This document shows, in pieces, positions 49,238-57,525 of a DNA stretch of 64,000 nt. Below the pieces are notes generated by a model that was given only the letters and a program-made list of their open reading frames with translations, ran no database searches and was not told where the DNA came from. The DNA is taken from positions 32,001 to 96,000 of the forward strand of contig CAVUWA010000002.1 in the NCBI GenBank assembly GCA_963744995.1. The letters are read 5' to 3'. This DNA comes from Candidatus Eiseniibacteriota bacterium. GTDB lineage: Bacteria > Eisenbacteria > RBG-16-71-46. The first letter of the stretch is position 1. Each line of letters opens with the position of its first letter. A program made the position numbers and the translations under genes.

Positions 49238-50199
49238 CGCGTCGAATCGCGCTTCGCCTCTTTGCGCAGCGGATTCTTCGCCGGCTTCTTCGCCGCCGGC
49301 AGGGCGCTCGGGCGCTCCGCCTCCACGCCGCGCCCGACGGGGCGCACGACCGGAATCCGGATCGGGGCGGGGCCCTTCGCCTGAACCAGGCTCTGCGCAT
49401 CGCGCGCGGCTTCGACGCCCGCGCGCTGGGTGAGGCGGATGAGATCCTCGTCGGCCGGCGTCGCGCTGGAGTCGCGGGCGCGCAGCGCCCCGCCGAGCAC
49501 GCGGCGATCCGGCGGGATCAGGTCCGCGAGGGAGCCGCGCGGCAGCAGGCCGGTCACCCGCTCGACCTTCTCGAGATCCGGGCCGCGGTTGAACGCAACG
49601 CCGTCGCGCTCGACGACGTTGCGGACCGGCTCGAGCTGCGTCGCCGACGCGCCGAGCTGATCCGCCTGGAGCAGGCCCGTGGACACGGTGGTCGTCGGCA
49701 GCAGCGCCATGGGCACGTAGACGTACGCGCCGCCCGGCACCGAGGCGTAGTCGATCCCGGACGGCATGCGCGGGGCCCAGCCGACGTAGTCCGGGCTCTC
49801 GCGCCAGTCCACCCACGCCGGTCCCCACGCGAGCCCCGGAATCCAGACCCAGCCCTGGAAGCGGTCGTAGGTCCACTCGCCGTAGTGGTACGTCGCCCAG
49901 CCGAACGGCTCCGACGACACCCATACCCAGCCGTAGATGTCGGTCGGCGCCCAGAAGCCCTCGATGTACGGGCGCCAGGCGACGAAGTTCACGTCGGGGC
50001 GGAACACGTAGCCGTACGGCTCGATCAGCACCCAGTCTCCGTAGTCCACGAGCGCGTCGTAGAAGAACCGGTACTGCGGTGCGAGCCCCTGGCGCTCGGC
50101 GGGCATCTGCGGATAGCGATCGGGCGTGTAGCCCGTCAGCGCGCAGCCGGAGAGGGCGAGCGCGAGGAGGCATGCGGTGAAGGCGGAGCGCGTCAGCAT
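49234..50199 (-). CDS. DUF6600-like Trp/Gly-rich lipoprotein
   Basis: Lipobox LSGC; YGDW...WRPY..G.W...GWVWVS.EPFGWATYHYG.W...WIPG..WGPAWV.WR. Confidence 0.75.
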   Translation of the reverse strand: MLTRSAFTACLLALALSGCALTGYTPDRYPQMPAERQGLAPQYRFFYDALVDYGDWVLIEPYGYVFRPDVNFVAWRPYIEGFWAPTDIYGWVWVSSEPFGWATYHYGEWTYDRFQGWVWIPGLAWGPAWVDWRESPDYVGWAPRMPSGIDYASVPGGAYVYVPMALLPTTTVSTGLLQADQLGASATQLEPVRNVVERDGVAFNRGPDLEKVERVTGLLPRGSLADLIPPDRRVLGGALRARDSSATPADEDLIRLTQRAGVEAARDAQSLVQAKGPAPIRIPVVRPVGRGVEAERPSALPAAKKPAKNPLRKEAKRDSTR

Positions 50200-50315
50200 G
50201 CGACGACTCTAGCGCGAATCAGGACGCCCGGCGAACCGGCGCGGCGCGTGCGTGCGACCCGCCCGTCCGGCCCCCGCGACCGCTCGGGCGAGCACGCCGG
50301 GCCGTGCCGCGTGCA

Positions 50316-52010
50316 CTACAGATTCTTGTAGTCCGGTCCGCCGCCGCCTTCGGGCGTCACCCAGGTGATGATCTGGTACGGGTCGGCGATGTCGCAGGTC
50401 TTGCAGTGGACGCAGTTCGACGCGTTGATGCGCAGCTTGAGCGCGCCGGGCCCCTTCGCTTCGTCGTCGACCATCTCGTACACGCTCGCGGGGCAGAAGT
50501 GCTGGCAGGGGTTGCCGAACTCCTCGCGGCACTTCGTGGCGCACACCGAGGTGTCGGCGACCACCAGGTGCACCGGCTGATCCTCGTCGTGCTTGGTGCC
50601 CGACAGGTAGACGTCCGAGAGCTTGTCCTTCGTGTACTCGCCGTCGAACTTCATCGGCGCCGGCTTGCCGTTCGGGTAGACGTCCTTCAGGTGGCGCATG
50701 CGCTTGTGGCCCGGTTCGTTCATGACGCGGTCGCGCAGCAGCAGGTCGCGCCCGCCGAAGAACATGCCCGCGCCCGTGTTGAGCATGCCCATCCACAGGC
50801 CGTGCTCGAAGCCCTGGTGGAAGTTGCGCACCGAGCGCAGCTCGTCGGCCGCCCACGAGCTCTCGAAGCGCCGCTCGTAGCCGGCGAGCCGCTCCTTCGA
50901 GAAGTCGCCGGCGAGCAGGCACTCGAACAGCGTCTCGGCCGCCATCATGCCGGACTTGATCGCGAGGTGGATGCCCTTCAGGCGCGCGCCGTTCAGGAAC
51001 CCGCCCGAATCGCCGCAGATCAGCAGGCCGTCGGCGGACAGCTTCGGCATCGCCCAGTAGCCGCCCTCGGGGATCGCCTTCGCGCCGTAGGCGACCGGCT
51101 TGCCGCCCTCGAGCAGCGCCTTCACCAGCGGGTGCAGCTTGAAGCGCTGCAGAAAGCCGTGCGGGTCGGTGGTCGGGTCATGGTAGTCGAGGCCGGTGAC
51201 GAAACCCACCGACCAGTGCGTGTCGTCCATGCCGTAGATGAACCCGCCGCCGAAGGTCTCGGTGGGCAGCGGCCAGTTCATCGTGTGGATGACGCGGCCC
51301 TTCTGCACGCGGCCGGCCGGCATCTCCCAGATCTCCTTGACGCCGGTCGAGTACACCTGCGCGTTCTTCCCGACCGACAGGCCGAGCTGCTCGTTCAGCG
51401 CCTTGGCGAGCGTGCCGCGCGGGCCCTCGCAGAGCACGGTGGCCTTCGCCAGACAGTCGGCGCCGGGCTGGTAGTTCGACTTCTTCCCGCCGTTCCTGTC
51501 GACGCCCTTGTCGCCGGTGCGGACCCCGGTCACGCGTCCGTTCTCGACCAGCGGCTTCGCCGCAGGCGTTTCGGTGACCACCAGCACACCCTTCTCCTCG
51601 GCGATGCCGGCCATCCATTCGACCAGGTTGCCGAGCGACAGGATGTGGTTGCCGTGGTTCTGCAGCATGGGCGGCGCGAGCGGCAGACGGAACTGCGAGT
51701 GCTCGGAGAGGAAGTAGACGTCGTCGGAGCCGACGTCGCTCGCGATCGGGCAGCCGCGCTCGCGATAGTCAGGCATCAGCTCGCGCATGCCGCGCGGATC
51801 CATCACGGCGCCCGAGATGCCGTGCGCGCCGACGCGTTCGGACTTCTCGAGCACCGCGATGTTCAGCTCGCCGATCGCGTCGCCCGGCGCGCCGGCGGCC
51901 ACCTTCTGATTGTGCTGCTCGACGAGATTCGCGAGGTGGATGGCGCCGGCGAGCCCGGCCGGGCCGGCGCCGATGAACTGCACGTCGAATTCGAGGACTT
52001 CGCGTTCCAT
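50316..52010 (-). CDS. Electron transfer flavoprotein-quinone oxidoreductase
   Basis: GAGPAG FAD motif, EGPRG, IPEGG, KGIHLAIKSG, CPASVY, NCVHCKTCDI, W..PEGGGGP. Confidence 0.93.
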   Translation of the reverse strand: MEREVLEFDVQFIGAGPAGLAGAIHLANLVEQHNQKVAAGAPGDAIGELNIAVLEKSERVGAHGISGAVMDPRGMRELMPDYRERGCPIASDVGSDDVYFLSEHSQFRLPLAPPMLQNHGNHILSLGNLVEWMAGIAEEKGVLVVTETPAAKPLVENGRVTGVRTGDKGVDRNGGKKSNYQPGADCLAKATVLCEGPRGTLAKALNEQLGLSVGKNAQVYSTGVKEIWEMPAGRVQKGRVIHTMNWPLPTETFGGGFIYGMDDTHWSVGFVTGLDYHDPTTDPHGFLQRFKLHPLVKALLEGGKPVAYGAKAIPEGGYWAMPKLSADGLLICGDSGGFLNGARLKGIHLAIKSGMMAAETLFECLLAGDFSKERLAGYERRFESSWAADELRSVRNFHQGFEHGLWMGMLNTGAGMFFGGRDLLLRDRVMNEPGHKRMRHLKDVYPNGKPAPMKFDGEYTKDKLSDVYLSGTKHDEDQPVHLVVADTSVCATKCREEFGNPCQHFCPASVYEMVDDEAKGPGALKLRINASNCVHCKTCDIADPYQIITWVTPEGGGGPDYKNL

Positions 52011-52236
52011 ATGGAGCTTCCTTCACGGCCGGGCGCCGATCCAGACGTGCCGGAACGCGCCGGGCCAGGGGAGTCGAGGTCGAAACGCCAGTAAATCAGG
52101 GCGTGCGCGGAGGCGCAAACGGCGCGGGCGTGCACGACTGGCACGCGGCGGCGCTGCGCGATCGCGGGCCCGCGCTGGCTCGGGAGCGCCCGAAGTGCGT
52201 ACAATTCACGCTTCCCATTCACCCGCAGAGGCCTTC

Positions 52237-53478
52237 ATGCACCGTGATTCCGCACCGTTCGGGCCGCTCCCGCGGGCGTTGTGCGCTGCCGCGCTCGTCG
52301 CCCTCGCCGCTGTCTCGGCGGCCCCCGCCGCCGCTGCGCCGCTCCGCGTGCTCTTCGACAACACGCACGCCGAGACCGCCGGCAACGCCGACTGGATCAT
52401 CGACACCGATCAACCGCTGCCCGTGCCGGATCAGTCCACGGTGACCGAGGCGACCCCGCGCACCTACTGGCTCGGGGCGATCTCGTCGTGGGGGATCGAT
52501 CTCGTCAAGCGCGGCTACCAGGTGGCGACGCTCACGCCGGCGTACGGCATCACCTACGGCGACGCCGGCAACGCCTACGACCTGTCGCACTTCGACGTGT
52601 TCATCGTCCCCGAGCCGAATACGGTGTTCACCGCTGCGGAGTCCACCGCGATCTTCCACTACGTGGCCGACGGCGGCGGCCTGATCGCGGTGTCCGACCA
52701 CATCAATTCCGACCGCAACAACGACGGCTGGGATTCGCCCGAGATCTGGAACAGGCTCGACATGCAGCACCTGTGGGGCGTGCGCTTCGAGACCTCGGGG
52801 AGCAACAGCAACTTCACCGAGGTGTGGTCCACCAACGTGAACGCCTCGCCCTCGGACTCGGTGATCCACGGCCCCGAAGGCACCGCGAACGGGCTCGAGT
52901 TCCACAACGGCACTACGATGACGCTCTATCCGTCGATCAATCCCACTGTGGCCGGCTGCGTCTGGCGCGATGGCTTTCCGCAGGACACCAGCGTGGTGAT
53001 GGCGGCGCGCTCCATGTACGGCAGCGGCCGCATCTTCTTCGTCGGCGACAGCTCGCCGATCGACGACGGCAGCGCCCAGCCCGGCAACAGCAGCATCTAC
53101 GACGGCTGGGGCGAGGCCGCGGGCAACGACAGCCTGCTGTTCCTGAACGCGACGGCGTGGGTCGCGCGGCGGCCCACGGCGACCGCCGGGGTCGAGCCTG
53201 CGACCGTCACCGATGCCGCGCCGTTCCCGAATCCGTTCCGCGAGCGGGTGCGCGTCGCGTGGACGATGGCGAGCCCCGCACGGGTGACGGCCGGCGTCTA
53301 CGACACCAGCGGCCGTCTGGTCGCCCGCCTCGCGCAGGGCCGCTTCGCGGCCGGGCGTCACTCGCTGACGTGGGACGGCCGCGGCGCGGACGGGCGGCCC
53401 GTGCCGGCCGGCGTCTACTTCGTGCGCGCGACGACCGGCGGCCTCGTGCGCGCCTGGCGCGTGGTGCGGGTGAAGTAG
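52237..53478 (+). CDS. Secreted protein with a glutamine-amidotransferase-like fold domain and C-terminal FlgD-Ig/T9SS-like domain
   Basis: Signal peptide; VLFDNTHAETAGNADWIID, PEPN, GGGL...DH..SDRNNDGWDS, GDSS; C-terminal PNPF...YDTSGRLV...WDG...GVYFV. Confidence 0.75.
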   Translation: MHRDSAPFGPLPRALCAAALVALAAVSAAPAAAAPLRVLFDNTHAETAGNADWIIDTDQPLPVPDQSTVTEATPRTYWLGAISSWGIDLVKRGYQVATLTPAYGITYGDAGNAYDLSHFDVFIVPEPNTVFTAAESTAIFHYVADGGGLIAVSDHINSDRNNDGWDSPEIWNRLDMQHLWGVRFETSGSNSNFTEVWSTNVNASPSDSVIHGPEGTANGLEFHNGTTMTLYPSINPTVAGCVWRDGFPQDTSVVMAARSMYGSGRIFFVGDSSPIDDGSAQPGNSSIYDGWGEAAGNDSLLFLNATAWVARRPTATAGVEPATVTDAAPFPNPFRERVRVAWTMASPARVTAGVYDTSGRLVARLAQGRFAAGRHSLTWDGRGADGRPVPAGVYFVRATTGGLVRAWRVVRVK

Positions 53479-53531
53479 CGCCGGCGGGCGGCCGCGGGAG
53501 AGCCGCGACCGCGCCGGCGCCCGACCTCCGG

Positions 53532-55003
53532 TCAGCGCGCCTCGACCTTCACCAGCCGCCCGGTCGCGGTCCGTGGCCCGGCGGACAGCCGGTAGAAGTA
53601 CACGCCGCTCTGAAGGTCCACGCCGCCCACGTGGATCCGTCCCGGGCCGGCGGGAGCGTTTCCCATGGAACGCCTGACGACCGTGCGGCCCGCCACGTCG
53701 AAGAGCTCCAGCGTGACCTTCCCGGCGGCCGGCAGCGTGAAGCGGATGTCCGCATCCCGCACGAACGGGTTCGGCTGCGCCTGCGCGCGGAACGCCACCG
53801 CCGGCTCCGGCGTCCCGACGTCCACCGAACCGGTGTAGCGTGGCCACGTAGACCGCCTCGGAACCGTCCGTGAAGCTCGCCCAGAACGCGATGTCGCTTC
53901 CGTTCAGCGCGTCCGGCCCGATCGAGAGATCCGCCACCACCAGGTTCCCGATCGTGTCCCCCACCGCTACCACCGGCTCCAGCGTTCCCCCCATGTCGGA
54001 GAGGATCACCTTGGAACCCAGCCCGACGAACGCGACGTGGGTGCCGTCGTAGGAGACGCCCTGGAATCCCGTGAACGTGCTCTGCTCCCCGGGGATCAGC
54101 GTCGCCCCTGGACGCGACGACGCACGAGGGTCCGATCGCCTCGACGATGTAGACGCCCTCGCTGCCGTTCGCGCCGAAGCCGTGGAACGCGATCGCCCCT
54201 TTCACGAACGACGCCTCCTCGAACCCGCTGAAGCTCTCGCCGTTGGCGCCCGGCACCGGGGTGAACGTGTCCACCAGCGTCGCGAGTCCGTTGCCGTCGT
54301 CCTGGAAGAAGCCCGAGTAGCCCTGCGGTCCGTTTCCGCCGAACGCCACGACGCCCTGGTCCATGAACACATCCGGCGAGAACGCCGTGAACGTCCCGAG
54401 CTGGCCGCCGGGGATCGGCGTGGCGAGGTCGGCCACGATGTCGTTGGGCATGATGATGTAGACCCCGTCCTGGCCGCCCGAGCCCGACCCCCGGAAGGCC
54501 ACCGTCGTGTCGTCGAAGGCGACGCCCGCGAACGCGGTGAAGTTGCCCTGGCCGCCGGGGATCGGCGTGGCGAGGTCGGCGACGATGTCGTTGGGCATGA
54601 TGATGTAGACCCCGTCCTGGCCGCCGGAGCCCAAGCCGCGGAACGCCACGCTGCTCCCGGAGAGGGAGGCGGCACCGAACCCGGTGAAGTTGCCCTGCCC
54701 GCCGGGGATCGGCGTGGCGAGGTCGGCCACGAGACACGGCGGGCCGACGCCCTGCCCCACGTAGAGCCCCTCCTCCCCGTCGCTCCCCTTCCCGCCGAAG
54801 AGCACCTCGCCGGGGATGGCGGTCGGGGGCTGGGTCTTGCCCGCGATGGACACGAACGTGCCGGTCCCGCCGGGCACCGCGTCCCCGGTCCGGACGATCT
54901 CCGTGAGGTTGTAGTAGGCGGCCGACGCCGACGCGGGCACGGCGGCGAGCGGAGCGACCTGGAGGAGCAGGGCCGGAAGCAGAGTGAAACGAAGCGCGCG
55001 CAT
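53532..55003 (-). CDS. Secreted propeller-like repeat protein with T9SS-like C-terminal domain (frameshifts near 54110 and 53830)
   Basis: AGGAGG RBS, signal peptide, 49-aa repeats VADLATPIPGGQG.FT...VAF.G.G..GQ.G; continues via ORF 52219..54009 and ORF 53532..53825 (PNPF...FDVAGR...SGVYFYRL). Confidence 0.7.
54401..54731 (-). repeat. 147-bp-period intragenic direct repeat
   Basis: ctg.ccgccggggatcggcgtggcgaggtcggc recurs at 54401, 54548 and 54695; the first two copies are nearly identical over about 78 nt. Confidence 0.85.
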
Positions 55004-55216
55004 GGGGCCTCCTGGGGGTCGGTGGGGGGCTGGCACGGATCGGCTTTCCGGATGGGGGACCGCCGGCGGCGCGCCGTCACGCCCCGGCGGGCATTTTCCG
55101 ACCGGGATCGTGCCCGTGGGGCGGAATCGCTGTGACGGAACCCGCCCGGGCGTCCCCTACGGAGAACAACCGACCGCTTTCAGGAATGATCACCACCTCA
55201 TCTCCGGAGGTGCCTC

Positions 55217-57508
55217 GTGGCGTCTTCATCGGCCACCCGCACGGAGCAGGAGCCCATTCACATCTTCCATGGAGCGACCACGCAACGGGCGATCGGCGCG
55301 GGGCTCGTCCTCGCGCTGACACTGATCTGCCTCACGTGGTCACCGGCTGCCGCGCAGAGAGTTCGCCAGTACGGCATCGAGCTCAACACGCCCACGGTCT
55401 CCGGCCAGTACCTGGCCGTGTCCGACAAGACGGGGCTGGAGGGCGCCACCGGCGCCTACACCATCGAGGCCTGGGTGTGGCCGCACAGCTACGCCGGCTA
55501 TCCTTGCATCGTCGGCAACGACTACACCCAGAGCTTCTGGGTCGGACTGAACGCCTCGGGGCACGTGCGGTTCTACCCGCGCGGCGGGTACGGACAGTTC
55601 GTCGAGAGCACCGGGGTGATTCCGCTCGATCAGTGGACGCACGTTTCCGTCACCTACGAATCCAGCTCGGGCTGGGCGATCTACGTGAACGGCGTGCTCG
55701 ACCAGTCCGGCAGCTCGATCACGGGCCTGCCTGGAACGAGCGCCGACAGCCTGTGCATCGGCGCCGACCGGGTCGGAGGGACGCCGGGCACGTTCTGGAT
55801 CGGCAAGCTGGATGAGATCCGGATGTGGAACCGGGCGCTCAGCGGTACCGAGATCGCGGAAAACCAGTTCGCCGGCATCGGCTACGGGAATCACCTCGGT
55901 GCCCGCTACGCGGGGCTCGCGGCGGCCTGGTACTCGAACTTGATCGACGGTGGCGGGGGCTCACTGTGGCTCGCCGATATGGCACAGTCGGCCGTGGCCG
56001 GTGGCTTCGATCATCGCGCTCAGGTCGATGCCGATGCCGGCGAACCGTTCGATATCACCGACCGGGTTCCGCTGCCGGTGGACTTCAACCAGGGCGTCGA
56101 GATGAACGGCGTGGACGACTACGCGTCCACGCAGGCGCACAGCGACGGGTACGACGGCGGCCTCACCATCGAGGCCTGGATCTGTCCGTATTCGAACGGC
56201 GGCTACCAGACCATCGTCGGGCGCGAGTACACGAGCAGCTTCTGGCTGGGCCTCAAACCGGGCGGCCAGCTGCGCTTCTATCCGATCGGAGGCTTCGGGG
56301 AATACGTGGACGGTGTCGCGAGCGTGCCGCTCGACAAATGGACGCACGTGGCAGCGAGCTTCGATCCGGTGGACAAGGTGGTGCGTCTCTACATCAACGG
56401 CGAGCTGGATCTGGCGGCCGGATTCAGCGGCGCGGTCGGCGAGAACGGGCGCGAGATCTACGTCGGCGCCGACAATGAAGCCGTCGGGCCGGCGTTCCTC
56501 TTCAACGGCATCCTGGACGAAGTCTGCGTGACCAATGGCCCGATCTCGGGCACCGACATCGCCGCCCGCAGGTTCCTGGGGACCGACCCATACATCGCCC
56601 ACGACGATGTCGTGGATCTGAACGGCGTGTCCCGCACGACCTATCGCGCGCACTTCGGGCCCTATACAAACGACTTCGTGCCGCAGACGCGCATCTACGG
56701 TTCGCACGCCCGCATGGTGCTTTCGGGCGCGCCGATGTTCAACGGAGCCGTACTCGGCTTCAGCGGCGTGTCGTTTCCCATGGACGAGTTCCTGATGTCG
56801 CCGCCGGGCGGGACCGGACTGACGGTGCCCGACCAGCTCGATCTCACGAGCCTGTCGGTGCCGATCGCAGAGACCGGCACCGGATCGGTCACCGACGTGG
56901 ACGTGTTCGTGTCGCTCTCCAGCGAAGATCTCGCCACCACGAGCGTCGAGCTCATGAGCCCCACGGGGACGAACGTGACGCTGATGGCGCCCGGCGACCT
57001 GATCGGGCGGTCGCTGCAGACGGTGTTCGATGACGCGTCGTCCTACACCTTCGGACTCGACGGTGCGCCGTGCAATCTCGGCGTGCAGCCTTCGACCCCA
57101 CTGTCGGCGTTCAACGGCGAATCGGCGACGGGCACCTGGACGGTTTCGGTGCAGACGACGGGCGGCGCGCACTTCGCAGTGTGGGCCGTGGGGGTGCGGA
57201 TCGGCTTCGGCACGACGGACGTCGCACATGCCGGCGATGCGGGCGCGGTGCAGCTCACCAACGCGGGCGCGGAGCCGGTGCGCGGGCAGGGCGCGGTGCA
57301 GTTCAGCCTGCCGCGCGACGCGAAGATCGGCCTGACCCTCTACGACCCGGCCGGGCGCGCGGTCCGCCGGCTCGCGAGCGGCCTGCGCGCGGCGGGCGAG
57401 TACCGGGTCGCCTGGAACGCCGCGGGGCTTGCGCCCGGACGCTACCTGCTGTCGCTGGACGTTGAAGGCGGTCCGCGCCGCACGCTGCCGGTCACCGTGC
57501 TGCACTGA
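55217..57508 (+). CDS. Secreted LamG-LamG-P-domain protein with C-terminal FlgD-Ig/T9SS-like domain (paralogue A)
   Basis: Two TIEAW...WTHV...Y(V/I)NG...(I/V)GAD...G.LDE units; L.SPTGT.V.L...PLSAFNGE...GTW (convertase P-domain-like). Confidence 0.8.
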   Translation: MASSSATRTEQEPIHIFHGATTQRAIGAGLVLALTLICLTWSPAAAQRVRQYGIELNTPTVSGQYLAVSDKTGLEGATGAYTIEAWVWPHSYAGYPCIVGNDYTQSFWVGLNASGHVRFYPRGGYGQFVESTGVIPLDQWTHVSVTYESSSGWAIYVNGVLDQSGSSITGLPGTSADSLCIGADRVGGTPGTFWIGKLDEIRMWNRALSGTEIAENQFAGIGYGNHLGARYAGLAAAWYSNLIDGGGGSLWLADMAQSAVAGGFDHRAQVDADAGEPFDITDRVPLPVDFNQGVEMNGVDDYASTQAHSDGYDGGLTIEAWICPYSNGGYQTIVGREYTSSFWLGLKPGGQLRFYPIGGFGEYVDGVASVPLDKWTHVAASFDPVDKVVRLYINGELDLAAGFSGAVGENGREIYVGADNEAVGPAFLFNGILDEVCVTNGPISGTDIAARRFLGTDPYIAHDDVVDLNGVSRTTYRAHFGPYTNDFVPQTRIYGSHARMVLSGAPMFNGAVLGFSGVSFPMDEFLMSPPGGTGLTVPDQLDLTSLSVPIAETGTGSVTDVDVFVSLSSEDLATTSVELMSPTGTNVTLMAPGDLIGRSLQTVFDDASSYTFGLDGAPCNLGVQPSTPLSAFNGESATGTWTVSVQTTGGAHFAVWAVGVRIGFGTTDVAHAGDAGAVQLTNAGAEPVRGQGAVQFSLPRDAKIGLTLYDPAGRAVRRLASGLRAAGEYRVAWNAAGLAPGRYLLSLDVEGGPRRTLPVTVLH

Positions 57509-57525
57509 TCATGGGAGGAGACTCC

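Noticed and set aside
55030..55046. TGGCACGGATCGGC as a sigma-54 promoter
   Set aside because: GG-to-GC spacing is 9 rather than the required 10, and there is no TTGC.
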